From Chiloscyllium plagiosum (lineage: Eukaryota): 64,000 bases of DNA. Of the stretch, positions 1 to 12,355 are shown piece by piece; positions within the stretch are counted from its first letter, which is position 1, and each line of letters opens with the position of its first letter. The translations under genes and the position numbers were made by a program. The notes beneath the pieces were generated by a model. That model ran no database searches. It was given only the letters and a program-made list of their open reading frames with translations, and was not told where the DNA came from. The DNA is taken from positions 22,775,206 to 22,839,205 of the forward strand of contig NC_057720.1 in the NCBI RefSeq assembly GCF_004010195.1, given 5' to 3'.

Positions 1-850
1 AATTAATAATTCTGAAGCACAATTAGTAAATGATATGTTTTTAAGATATTGTGAAGTCATTTTAGTTGAATGATTTAGAACGTTAATTCTAAATTTGCAT
101 TTTCACATTGCTGCACTGAAAAAATAATTTCTCAGTTTTCTTTTTTAATTAACCAAACCACCAACTGTTTCTGACTACACGACTAAGCTAAATGTGCCAA
201 TTATCAATTAACACTCAAGCCTATGCTTGGCTGGTCACAATATTGTTGCAGCTGATATTGGGCTTTCTATATACAAGCGGATTATAATTTTCACCATGAG
301 GAATCTATCTGCCAACTGCAAAAACACATGCTGTTAGAGTAGGCAGACGAATGACATTTCACTATACATCACAGGTGAGAATCATAAAGAAGGTTTATAA
401 AGCTGTGCTCCATATACAGAGAATCACAATGTTTCATAGATCCTACACACTATCCAACCATTAGCTTTTCTACCCAAACTCATCTGTGATGTGACGAGCG
501 TACAATCATTACCAAACTGCTTACCAACTGCCTCCAGCTACAGCCATTGTGCAACCAACCATGATTGATCACCAGGCAAAATGCCAAACCTATCACTGGT
601 AAAGTGTCAAGATTGCTGACGGCTTGCCAACTCACTGCAGGTCTTCCACCTGCACACTGCCTCATAATTTAACCCCATCTGAATTAGAGGATTTGTGACT
701 AGGGAGGAAGCTCCTCTTATAGTGACTGTACTAGTCACTTCTGAACCCTGGATGGTACAACCCAAACTAAATAATCCAAGCATCTGCACACTAATTCACC
801 TCTAGAAAACTCAGAACAAGTAGCAAAACATCATGGAAATGTTAAATTTC

Positions 851-888
851 ATTCATGGATTCCATCCTAATTCATGGATTCCATCCTA
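851..888. repeat. 19-bp tandem duplication
   Basis: ATTCATGGATTCCATCCTA occurs twice head-to-tail. Confidence 0.9.
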
Positions 889-1139
889 ATTCTGAGACTT
901 TCTTAACAAAATTGTATTGCATTTCTTTGGTTGAAGAAGGGCTTTTATGACACTAGCAATGCCAATGTGCCACATATTTACTTAAAGTGAGCAGATTAGC
1001 AAGTTATTGTAGCAGCAACTAGATGTTGGTTATATTAGAAATAAAGTGAAATTGGACATGACCTGAAAACAGGCACAGGGCTTATGATGCCTACTTCTTA
1101 TTGATGATGCAGCTGATTGCAATGCGCCATCATTAAATG

Positions 1140-1570
1140 GCTTTGACCAGTGATGTGTCACAAGGATCAATGCTGGTTCCACTGCTTTTCGTCATTTACA
1201 TTAATGATTTGGATGTGAATATAGAAGGTATGGTTAGTAAGTTTGCAGGTGACATCAAAATGGCTGGTATCGTTTACAGTGGAGATGGTTATCTCACAGA
1301 GGACAACAGGACCTTGATCAGATAGGTCAATGGTGGTGGATGTGATTTAATTTTGATAAATGTAGTGTTTGAGTTATATGGAGAGGCTGAATAGACTCGG
1401 AGCATTGGAGGTTAAGGAGTGGCCTTATAGAGGTTTATAAAATCAATGAGAGCCATGGATAGACTAAGTAGCCAAGGTGGGGGAGTTCAAAACCAGAGGG
1501 CATAGGTTCAAGGTGAGGGGAGAAAGATTTAGAAGGAACCTAAGTGGCAAGTTTTCACGCAGAGATTGGT
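1140..1570 (+). mobile_element. Degraded CR1-type LINE fragment (RT core to 3' region, internally deleted)
   Basis: ORF 1137-1325 reads QGSMLVPLLFVIYINDLD...SKFAGD, a decayed QGSVLGP/FADD RT motif. Downstream DNA resembles other CR1 3' ends in the window. Confidence 0.85.
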
Positions 1571-3217
1571 ACCTACAAGATACAACAAAGAGAAGGCATC
1601 GTGGCAACATGATGTTTAATGAACGAAGTTAACTGTGGGATTATTATGAGAGTTACACTGGAGTGAAGTCTAGTATTACTTAGTTGGTGGTCATGGATGT
1701 CTTGGCACCCCTACAGGAATGGTTCCAGTTTTCTCCTGTTAGGTCAGGATTCTGTCTTCATTGTGATGAGGGGTCTAATGAGGGGTCCCTCCTACCATCT
1801 TAGATCCTTCTGCCCTGTTATGGGCCATTTTGTCCTGGAATTAGAGAAATTGGGGGATATTGAGTGAGCTGAAAGTGGTTGGCATGACTGTTAGTGTTGG
1901 TACAGATGGTCAAACGATGTCCTGAGTCCATGAGCCTTAGTAGGAGGTGGGTACAATAGCAAAGTTAAACTGTGAGATGGCAGACAGAAGAGGTGGAGTG
2001 TGGAACTGCAGACTGCAGAAATGGCACTGAGCTGGGTGACAACCTTCGACCATGCTGCCAGGGAGTAGTGGCATGGCCTCATATGTTGGTCCTCCAGGAA
2101 GTGGAAGTCCTGCTGGATTGCTACATTCTCCAAGACATTGGTTTGTTGGAGCATCAAGGTACTACTTTCCCCTTTACTGGGACATCTTCAAAATGAATGT
2201 CTATCAATAAGCAAAGCAGCTTCAGAACGATAGTTCCTGCTGGACTTTAGAGACAGCACGGATGCCAAGGATATTGGTCATCTGATTCATGTCAGGTGAA
2301 AGGCCAGTTGTTCCAGGAAAGGCAAGTGACAGGATTGTGCTAGAGTTGGATGAGAAGGGCACTGTCGGAATGGTGTATGTAGTTAATGAGACAAGTTTGG
2401 TAAAATACACAAAGATCCCACAAGCTTTGGTGAATGAAATCTGCCATGAAACAAAAGGAAATGTACAGTTCACCAAAAAACAAACACAGTTAGCAGTAGA
2501 TTCTACTGCAGCAGACTCAGATGATGACTTTGATGAGGCAGAATCCAAGTAGGTACACATAACAAACTGCTTGTTGCACTGTTGACCATAGGACTGCTGG
2601 TTTGTCTCTGTCAAGGAAGATGAAGTACTGCAGCACCTATTTAGCACAAAGCTTTTACCCAGAGTTTGGAACCTTCCCTTTTAAAAGCTCAAGTGAGTGG
2701 TCAACTGCAATAGCACACTTGCAGACCCAACTATAATGCAGCTTCCAGTCTGTTTCATCTTCATTTCTATACAAGCAGATTGATGCTTGATCGAGTTAGT
2801 AAACTAATAGGCAGGTTTTAATAGAGCTATCCTTTAGTGCATTCAAAAAAGCAAACCACAATATAACAGAAGATACGAGAGCTAAGGAATTAAGCTTTTT
2901 TTTGGTTAGTATCACACATACTTGGAAGTTGTTTCTTAAACATTGCCCACAATATTTTTAGATGGATATGTGCATTTCTAACCCTTGGAGTGAGTGAGCC
3001 AATTTTACTGCAAGCTTTCTGTATTGAAATAGAAAAAGATTAATTTATTTTTAGCATCCTTGCCCTGGAGTTCACTAAAGTAAACAACATCTCACGAACA
3101 TCATCACTCATTCTCTCACACACAAAGTTAGGTACAAAAAAACATTAAACAAAACTCATAAGAATTTTAACGAACCTAACCTCTATTTCAGTGCAGGTCT
3201 GTTGTGTTTCCTAGGGT

Positions 3218-3273
3218 TTAGATCAGAGTGGTGCTGGAAAAGCAGAGCAGGTCAGGCAGCATCTGAGGACAGG
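3218..3273 (-). mobile_element. Short PLE terminal fragment (family B)
   Basis: AGAGTGGTGCTGGAAAAGCAGAGCAGGTCAGGCAGCATC matches the terminus of the long PLE at 57270-59703. Confidence 0.7.
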
Positions 3274-3976
3274 TCTAGTTGTTAGGTTATCTGAAGTGAA
3301 TTACACAGATATCTCAGCAGGTGTGATACTTACTCTAGTCAGTCTGCTGAAGGTTGGTTTCACAGATAAGCTGGAAGATAGAACAAAGTAGGGGAGAATG
3401 GTCCTTTCTTTCTCATTTCAGATGTTGGGGTGAGGCACTTAAGCTGCTCAATTATTAAAGCAGTCAGTAACTTTTTGCTGGACTTTTCCCTTTTCCCAAT
3501 GCAAAGCACTGTATGTAGAAAACTTGTCTGTCGGTGAACACCACAGCTTTCTTGCCAGATTGTTTGCAGGAAGCAAAGAAGGTCAATGTATCATGTTACA
3601 TGGACAAACTACATAGTGATCTTCCAAAGATAGGCGTGAGGATAATTACTGTTTGATTCTCTCTTGCACTTGCCGTGGTGGCTTCTCAAGTCTTAAAGTA
3701 GGGAAAAAGGGAAGTTCTGCATAGGACCTCGGTGAGACCAAGTTTGGAGTGTACAGTTTTAGTTTCCTTTTTTGAAAGAGATATAGTTGCTTTACAAGCA
3801 GTTCAGAGAAGGTCACTCCATTCAATCATGGAATGAAAGGCGTAAGTGGTGGATGTGAGCACAATTACAATGTTCAACAGACATTTGTATAGGTGTATGA
3901 ATTGAAAAGGTTTGGAGGGCTATGGGCTCGGAGCAGGCAGGTGGGACTACTTTAATTTGGGATTACATTCAACATG

Positions 3977-4226
3977 AGTCTAGATTAGAGTGGTGCTGGA
4001 AAAGCACAGCAGGTTCCGAGGACCAGAAAAATTGACGTTTCGGGCAAAAGCCCTTCATCAGGAATGAAGGCAGGGAGCCTCCCTGATAGCATTTTTGTAG
4101 GAGGAAGGGTGGGAAGAGGTGTAATCGAGGTAGCTGTGGGAGTCGGTGGGTTTGTAAAAAATGTCAGTGTCAAGTCGGTCATCATTGACGGAGGTCCAGA
4201 AAGGGGAGGAGGTGTCAGAGATGGTT
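3977..4226 (-). mobile_element. PLE fragment (family B terminus plus RT piece)
   Basis: Terminus matches 57300-57395. 4085-4225 matches the RT region near 58390-58540 (minus-strand DTDIFYKPTDSHSYLDYTSSHP). Confidence 0.85.
4030..4066 (-). ncRNA. Minimal hammerhead ribozyme motif, core intact
   Basis: Minus strand reads CUGAUGA-A-GGGC UUUU GCCC-GAAAC-GUC: both conserved boxes, stem II and the short palindromic stem III typical of PLE hammerheads. Confidence 0.75.
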
Positions 4227-4668
4227 ACTGTTGATTGTTTGGAAAACCCATCTGGTTCACTAATGTCCTTTAGGAAAGGAAACAGCCATCCTTATCTGGT
4301 CAGGCCTACTAGTGACTCCAGACATACAGCAATGTGACTGACTCTGAACTGCCCCTGGGCAATTAGAAATAGGCAATAAATGCTGGCATAGCCAGTGATG
4401 TCTTCATCCCATTCAACATGGACTGGTTCAACCGAAGGATCTGTTATGTGTGGTTTGACTCTATGAAAAGGTTGAACTGCTTAGGTCTGTATGTGTTGGA
4501 GTTTAGAAAAATGGGAGGTGAACTTATTAGAGCATAGTACTGAGGAGACTAGATAGGACAGAAACTTAGAGGATGTTTCCTCTTATTGGGGCAACTATAA
4601 AATAGACATAATTTAAGAATAAAGAGAGTGTTAATTGCTGAACTGTTAATCCAGAAACCCAAGTAACG

Positions 4669-4978
4669 ATTAGATTCCCTACAATGTGGAAACAGGCCCT
4701 TCAGCCCAACTAGTCCACACCGACCCTTCGCAAAGTAACCCACCCAGACCCATTCCCCCTAACTAATGCACCTATCACCATGGGCAATTTAGCATAACCA
4801 ATTCACCTAACCTGCACATCTTTGGACTGTGGGAGGAAACCAGAGCACCTGGAGGAAACCCATGCAGACACGGGGGGAATGTGCAAACTCCACACACAGT
4901 CACCCGAGGTTGGAAGCGAACCCAGGTCCCTGGCACTGTGAGGCAGCAGTGCTAACCACTGAGCCACCGTGCCGCCCC
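4669..4978 (-). mobile_element. HE1-like V-SINE
   Basis: tRNA-like head, V-core (TGTGTGGAGTTTGCACATTC...GGTTTCCTCCC) and CR1-like tail ending in AATCT repeats. Confidence 0.9.
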
Positions 4979-5081
4979 GGTGTTCTGGGGACTTGAGTTC
5001 GAAACCATGACATCAAGATGGTGGAATTTGAACTCAATAAAAAGAAACTCTGTATACTGGTGATTGAAAACATGGAATAAA

Positions 5082-5318
5082 GGTTTTGCACAATGGTGTC
5101 TTTGTACTGAACTACTACACATACACACACAGTCACAGGTGATGTGGGGAAAATAAGCAGTACTGCTGACCCCCTTTCAGGTACAAAACAGAATTTAAAA
5201 ATATACAGCTGAGATTCAGAGTGTCTCTTCATTTGAAGTACTGGTTCTGAGCTTGCTGGTCAGAGCCTATGTACTATTCCCATGTAAATAAAGTGTGATA
5301 CGGTGATGGGATACCTGG
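5082..5318 (+). mobile_element. Possible LTR fragment followed by an A-rich run
   Basis: Interrupts the older SINE and has AATAAA near its 3' end. Termini are not cleanly defined. Confidence 0.35.
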
Positions 5319-6147
5319 AAAAAAAAGCAAAAAAAAAAGAAATGAAAAAAAACTTTAACAAAGGAACGAAAAACTCTGGAATTAAATCTAATGATAACCA
5401 TGATTCACTGTTGATTGTTTGGAAGACCCATCTGGTTCACTAATGACCTTTAGGAAAGGAAACAGTCATCCTTATCTGGTCAGGCCTACATGTGACTCCA
5501 GACACACAGCAATGTGACTGACTTTGAACTGCTTCCTGGGCAATTAGAAATAGGCAATAAATGCTGGCCTAGTCAGTGATGTTTTCAACCGATGAATAAA
5601 TAAACAAAAATAAGTAGTTCTTCAAGATTATTAGAGCATTAAATTCTATTCTCCAAAAGGCAGTGAAGATTTGACCTTAAAATTTATTGATGACTGACCA
5701 AGACAGATTTCAGATAGGGAAGGAGTAGCCTTGATTTTATTGAATATTGGAGCAGATTCAAAGGAGCAGGAATAGCCCTTTTCTCTTAAGTTACTTGTTT
5801 CTAATTGGTACAATCAGGTATTTGAAAGGTTGTTTTGAAGGAGTATTGTTAATCTGCTGCCAATCATCTTGTAGAAGGTACACACTGCTGACGCCATGCA
5901 TCATTGGAGAAAGCAGTCAATGTTTAATGTGGACAATATCCCAGGAAGTCTGCTATGAAAGGAATGGTATCAAGTTTCTTGAATTTTTCTGGGAGTTGCA
6001 CTCATCGAGGGAAATGAAGGGTATTCCATCAAACTCCTCACTTGTGCATTATATTTTCTGTCAATAGTGATCCCAGTTTGTTAATAAGAAGAGATTTTGG
6101 TCAATGTCAATGAGAATTAGTTAAATTTGTTTTTGCCTGAAATGATT

Positions 6148-6422
6148 AATCATAGAATCATAGAATACCTGCAAAGCGGAAAGAGGCCATTCAGCCTATC
6201 AAGTCTGCAGTGACCCTCTGAAAAGCATTCCAAACAGATACAGACCCTTACCCTATCTCCATAACCCTGCATTACCATGGCTAATCCACCTAGACTGCAC
6301 ATCTTTGGACTGTGGTAGGAAACTGGAGCACGCAGCAGAAACCCACACAGACATGAGGAGAACGTGCAAACTCCACACAGATAGTGAGGCAGCAGTGCTA
6401 ACCACTGAGTACTGTGCTGCCC
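6148..6422 (-). mobile_element. HE1-like V-SINE with internal deletion and ATTCTATG-type tail
   Basis: V-core and tRNA head present, box-B region deleted, tail differs from the other copies. Confidence 0.8.
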
Positions 6423-6486
6423 AAATTGTCTGGTCTGCAACTTGTGTGTTGTCTATGTTATTTGCCATTTATCACCTCAAGGTTAG

Positions 6487-6605
6487 AGACAAAAATACTG
6501 TAGATGCTGGATTCCAAGGTAGACAAGCAGGAGGCTGGAAGAACACAGCAAGCCAGACAGCATCAGGAGGTGGAGAAGTCAACATTTCAGGTATAATCCT
6601 TCTAT
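6487..6605 (-). mobile_element. Degraded PLE terminal fragment
   Basis: ACTGTAGATGCTGGA...GCTGGAAGAACACAGC...CAGCATC resembles 57275-57395. Confidence 0.55.
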
Positions 6606-9600
6606 CACCTCAAGCCCGAATGATGTCCAGGTCTTGTTGGATGTGGAAAATGAGGGGTTTCTGAGGTATTGTAACTGGAAAAGAACTACACAATTATCAG
6701 CAAACATCCACAATTTTGATTTTTGTTTGGAAGGGAGTTCATTGATGAATGATTTATGAAGATGAATGAGCCTAGGACACTGAGACACTAAACAATAAAA
6801 ATTAGATCCCAATTATTAGTTTGTAATGATTAAATGCTTTGATTCCTGTCAGAGTAACCCAGCTCTCCGCAATATCTGATAATTTATTAATTCCCATTCT
6901 TCAGATAAATTGTTAGACAGATTTTTTTCCCGATTCACCATGCTCATTCCAAACCAGTATAGGATCCTTTAAAAAAGGCCTCTTCAAATTTTATTTCACA
7001 GAACATTTTGAAAGAAAGTAGGAGGAAGATATTGTAAATATTGTGGGGAATAACTATACTCAAGCTTAGATAACGAGCCCTGATATCTAATGATTACCTA
7101 ATGTTTCAATTCTGTCTCATCAATATCATCAAGACTTGACTATATTTTGATGTTGGTAATGGGAATTGGCCCAAAAATAAGCCTCAATATGTTGACAAGC
7201 TACTTAAGCCTGGAAAAAAGGCAATTGTTTTACATAAAAATACCAAATGTGTGTTATTTCGTATTACCACATGAATTTATCACGTTACTGAACATAATCA
7301 CTCTTGTACAAAAGAATTGCATGATAAATTGCTCAACTTATTTCGAGGACATACATAATGATAGCATCCATGCAGGCAACATTTTGGAGATTAAGTACAA
7401 CTACTGGTGTATTCCAAAATATGTCACAAGATAATAAAAAATGAGGAAGATTATTCTGCGCACCTTATTTCATCAATTCACAAGTATCCAAAGTCTGTGC
7501 TATAGTATCCAATTATGTTTTATATTCTATTGGCATCAATGTAATTCCACTTCTCTATTAACCAAAATGTACGTCTATTATTTTAAAAAACCCAGTGCTT
7601 TTCAAAAGAACATGACCCTGTTGGATCACAATTGAACCCACAGCCGAACTGAGTAAAATGAAAGACACCATTTGGAAGAAATATACACCTTATCAAACGC
7701 TGCAACTCATATGAATTACCAAGAAGTATCACACTTGAATTTATTAGCAATTAGACAATGAAAATATTAGTTTTCCTTCAGGAATGTGCTCTTCCTGGGA
7801 CAAATGCATTTTAAAATAAGAAAAATAATTAATTTCCAAATGACAAAGCACACGTTTCCATTATAAGGTCATTTAACCATTTTTAGATTTAAGAAACATG
7901 TATTGGCAATATCTATTATGAACACCAAATATTAAAGATCTTTCTTGTATTTGAGTAAAAAATCAGATGAATTGTGCTTTTAATGTTTCTACTCTGCTTC
8001 ACATTTTCATATATTTATTTTATTTTTCCCCAAATACAAGTAGAGGATATTAAGTGCATCTACCATTTAAACGTTTAAAACTGTGTCCAACTGTATTATT
8101 ATCACCATTTTTATCCGTGACTGTTAGATTTGCTAGTTTCCTTGATGTTTGTGCTCACATAAAAATGGGAAGAAATGAAGAACCAATTTAGGAGAGTTTA
8201 CAATATTGTACGAGTTTACAATATTATATTATACAATAAAACAATCTTCCACATGTTTGTAGAATGTTGTACACAATATTTTCTGCCATGTACCTTTGGA
8301 AAGCAAAATGCTGAAACTGAGAATTTCTACAAAGAGTTAAAGTAAAAATATAATAGTCAGTCAATCTCTGATAGTGTTGTACACAATTAGTCACTACTAA
8401 TTAGAGCAGGTCAGGCAGAGTTAATTGGTGGGGTTGGATTCTGGTGGGGTTTGTTGAGGAAAGGTTTTACCAAATTGTTGGAACAAGGATGGAGGGTGAA
8501 TACAACAAGGTGGAGAGAAGAGAAGTGATGGAGTGGACAGTGTGAGGGAGGAGCAAGGGGGATTATAAAGTAGCACAGGGCTAAGGAGAGGATTTTCAGT
8601 CTACAGAATTGATAGACCTAGGTATATAGCAACTAGCTGTTTCCAGAGAAGAAATATAACAAGGGTGTGGTATTAGTTTGGAAGAAGTAGCAGTTCTGGA
8701 GAGAGACAGTTGCAGCCAATTAACAATGAGAACAATAACAATTGGCAATGAGAAAAACACATGTGCAGCAAGTACAGAGCAAATCCAAGTAACAACCAAA
8801 AAGATGATAGCTGAGTCCACAGTTCAATTGGAATCACCACACAATGTTTCAACTAATCCAGTGAAAAACAACTGTTCACATAACTTTGGAACAAATTTTG
8901 CCATGAAAGGGCATAAACAGCATACCCCTTAATTAGACTTTCTCTTAAGCATATAGGTTTTCTAAATTTTTATGGGTTAAGTTGCTGGAAGTGAGTCATG
9001 GCGGAGAGAGGGAAACTGCAAGCAGTGATCTACTTTGTTGAAACCAATCAATTGAAACAGCTTGAAATTAACAATGTATGGACTAAGGAAGGAGAGTTGA
9101 AACAGAGTGATCTGTGTTCATTTCATAAACATTTCCGCAACAAAGGCCTAATTGTCCTCTGGTATCAGTGAACCATTCCCAAAGTTTCATGGTTCTATAT
9201 TTTCTTTGTCTAACTAACTAATGTATCATCTAAACTGCTACTTCTTAAAACAATTAAATTATTTGAAAATTGTTTTCAAATCATCACCTGTTTTTATTAA
9301 AGAACAGTGATCACTAATCCCAAAATCTAATATGAATGCAGCTCCATTGATTCTCAAAAAAACTTAACGCCATCCAAGACAAACCAAATCATTGACTGAC
9401 ATCGATCATCCCCTTCACCATTCACTCCGTCCACCAATGTATGGCGGTGTATATAACATACAGGATGCACTGTAGCTACTCACCCAGTCTCCTCCAACAG
9501 TACCTTACAAATATTGACAATTATTAGACTGGGAAATCTGGGCCATAATATCAACTGCTCCAGCTTCAAATGTGATGCTTCTAAATTTGAAGGTAACTCT

Positions 9601-10145
9601 CCATAACCAATAGACAATAAATGGCTCCACACAGTGTGTCATACTTGCTTTTCCAGTAAACAGTTTCAATTCTATACTATCCATGCATTAAGTCTAGATA
9701 TAAGACATATAGATTATTTAGCAAGAACATATAAATAGATATGCTCAAACATATAAAAAAGTATAAAAACCAGGGTTTTTTTTTTAAAAAAACTTCATTT
9801 CTACCAGCCAGATCTGTAAAGTACAGCAGGCTGATTTGATAAAATTTCTGGAAGGGAGTTTATTTATTCAGGAGAAGTGCCTAAGCCACAATGCAAGTTA
9901 TAAAAGCAACATGAACATGAAGAGACAACATACGTCAAGTAGTAAAGATTAGGCAATATCATTGTCATCTTTTAAAATCCAGTAAATTAAACCAGTTCAC
10001 ATGATACAGTGAATCATTTCTTTTGTAAATATCTGACTGCATTTAGTGTTAACTTTATCGATTATAATATAACATGTAGAATGACAATGTATGCAATTTA
10101 AATTTTGAACAGTTTAATTACAAATAAGGTGCAAGGTGATTGTAA

Positions 10146-11605
10146 ATAGAACACAGAACATAGAAAAGTACAGCACAGAACAGGCCCTTTGGCCCACAAT
10201 GTTGTGCTGAGGTTTAATCCTAATGTAAAATATAATAACTTAACCTACGCACCCCTCAACTCACTGCTCTCCATGTGCATGTCCAGCAGTCACTTAAATG
10301 TCCCTAATGACTCCGCTTCCACCACCACAGTTGGCAACGCANNNNNNNNNNNNTGGTAAACCTTCTTTGCACCCTCTCCAAAGCCTCTGTACCTTTCCTA
10401 TAGTAGGGCAACCAGAACTGGACATAATATTCCAAGTGTGGTCTCACCAGGGATTTCTAGAGCAGTAGCAAAACCTCCCAGCTCTTTATCACGATCCCCC
10501 TGTTAATGAAAGCCAAAACACCATATACTTTCTTAACAACCCTATCCACTTGGGTGGCAACTTTGAGGGAACTATGTACTTGCACACCCAGATCCCTCTG
10601 TTCCTCCATACTGCCAACAATCCTGTCTTTAATCCTATATTCAACGTTTGAGTTTGACTTTCCAAAATGTATCACTTCGTATTTATCCAGGTTGAACTCC
10701 ATCTGCCATTTCTCAGCCCAGCTCTGCATTCTGTCTATGTCACGCTGCAGCCTGCAGTAGCCCTCGATATTATGGACGACACCTCCAACCTTTGTGTCAT
10801 CTGCAAATTTACCAACCCACCCTCAACTTCCTCACCAAGTCATTTATAAAAGCTACAAAGAGCAGAGGCCCAAGTACAGGGCCCTCCGGGACCCCACTCC
10901 ACACTGTCTTCCAGGCAGAATACTTTCCATCTACAACCACTCTCTGCCTTCTGTCAGCCAGCCAATTCTGAATCCAGACAGCCAAATTTCCCTGTATCCC
11001 ATACTTTCGGACTTTATGAATGAGCCTACTATGAAGAATCTTATTAAATGCCTTGCTGAAGTCCATATACACCACATCCACTGCTCGACTTTTGTTGGCC
11101 TGTCTTGTCACCTCGTTAAAGAACTCAATAAGATTCGTGAGGCATGACCTGCCCCTCACAAAGCCATGCTGACTGCCTTTAATCACACCATGCTTTGCCA
11201 AATAGTCATAAATCCTATCCCTCAGAATTCTTTCCAAAACTTTGCTGACCACAGACGTAAGACTGACTGGTCTGTAATTGCCAGGGATTTCTCTATTACC
11301 CTTCTTGAAAAGAGGAACAACATTCGCCTCCTTCCAATCCTCCGGTACAACTCCTGTGGAGAGTGAGGAGGCAAATATCCTGGCCAGCAGCTTAGCAAAC
11401 TACTTTCTCGCTTCCTGGAGCAGCCTAGAATAAATCTAGTCTGGCCCTGGAGACTTATCAATCTTAATGTTTTCCAAAATTTCCAGCACATCAACATCAT
11501 CAATCTTGATCTGGTCAAGACAGTATCCCAGTTCCTCAAAGTTTTCATTCACAATAAAGTCCCTTTCCTTGTTGAAAACCAAAGCAAAAAACTCATTTAG
11601 AGGTT
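10146..11605 (-). mobile_element. 5'-truncated CR1 LINE (RT to 3' tail)
   Basis: ORFs 10809-11252 (SQHGFVRGRSCLTNL...DFSKAF...GPLLF) and 10457-10729, with a TTCTATG-type tail at 10146-10165. Confidence 0.95.
10342..10353. other. Assembly gap (12 N)
   Basis: Run of N inside the CR1. Flanks suggest a few hundred bp are missing compared with the other copies. Confidence 0.95.
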
Positions 11606-12153
11606 AAATAGCGAGTTTTGAGAAGATTTGTTGCTCAGTTTGAGTTCTGGATGTAGGTTTGCTTGCTGAGCTGGAAGGTTCATTTTCAGATGTTTTGTCA
11701 CCATATGAGGTAACATCTTCAGTGAGCCTCCAAATGAAGAACTGGTAGTATAGCCCACTTTCTATTTATATGTTTGAGTTTCCTTGAGTAGGTGATGTCA
11801 TTTCCTGTTCTTTTTCTTGGGGATGGTAAATACCTAGAAGCATGGCATTCCAATCAGGACTCTATCAACAAACATTTTGACTTGGATCCCATTTACCACC
11901 CCCTGAGAAAAAGAACAGGAAATGACATCACCATAGGAAATGATGTCACCACAGGAGATGACATCACCAACCCAAGGAAACCCAAACATATAAATACAAA
12001 GCGGGCTACACCACCTGTGCTTCATTCGGAGGTTCAGTAAAGATGTTACCTAATATGGTGACAAAACATCTGAAAATGAACCTTCCAGCTCAGCGAGCAA
12101 ACCTACATCCAGAACTCAAACTGAGCTACAAATCTTCTCAAAACTCGCTATTT
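11606..12153. mobile_element. PLE family A: inverted pair of pseudo-LTRs
   Basis: 11606-11831 is the reverse complement of 11891-12153. The plus arm encodes the GIY-YIG C-terminus (LEAWHSNQDSINKHFDLDPIY). Same family as 18536-19080. Confidence 0.9.
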
Positions 12154-12294
12154 CACCCCTAAATGAGTGTTTTGCTTCAGTTTTCACCAAGGAAAGGGAC
12201 CTTGTTGTGAATGAAAACTTTGAGGAGCTGGGATACACTCTTGACGAAATATCTGAAAACGAACCTTCCAGCTCAACGAGCAAACCTGCATCCA
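12154..12294 (+). mobile_element. Inverted ~90-bp copy of the CR1 junction, then another family A fragment
   Basis: 12154-12245 is the reverse complement of 11514-11605. 12243-12294 repeats 12060-12112 and is joined through TGAC microhomology. Confidence 0.85.
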
Positions 12295-12355
12295 GTGATT
12301 GTAAGTGCTTGGAACAATCAGAAAATTCAGCACATATTGTTTCTGACTCTCTGTC

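Larger units (their letters stand above)
3718..4466 (+). mobile_element. Old CR1 3' fragment interrupted by a composite insertion at 3977-4409
   Basis: The CR1 3' UTR (GGCAGGTGGGACTA...GACTCTATGA) is continuous once 3977-4409 and one copy of CATTCAACATG are removed. Confidence 0.75.
4644..5605 (+). mobile_element. Old tRNA-derived SINE (DeuSINE/SacSINE1-like) split by younger insertions
   Basis: Pieces at about 4644-4668, 4979-5045 (box-B-like GAGTTCGAAACC) and 5370-5605 (CCCATCTGGTTCACTAATG...GGCAATAAATGCTGGCC). Confidence 0.65.
5820..6790 (-). mobile_element. Very old L2/CR1-clade LINE fragments
   Basis: ORF 6579-6812 contains FINELPS...LWMFADNC. Resembles 49225-50705 and is interrupted by SINE and PLE pieces. 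Confidence 0.55.

Noticed and set aside
721..739. Small hairpin AGTGACT-N5-AGTCACT (also about 24305-24329 and 48272-48300)
   Set aside because: Stems this short are expected by chance in 64 kb.
2080..2110. GPPGSGS as a Walker A motif
   Set aside because: It lacks the invariant lysine and has no visible Walker B partner.
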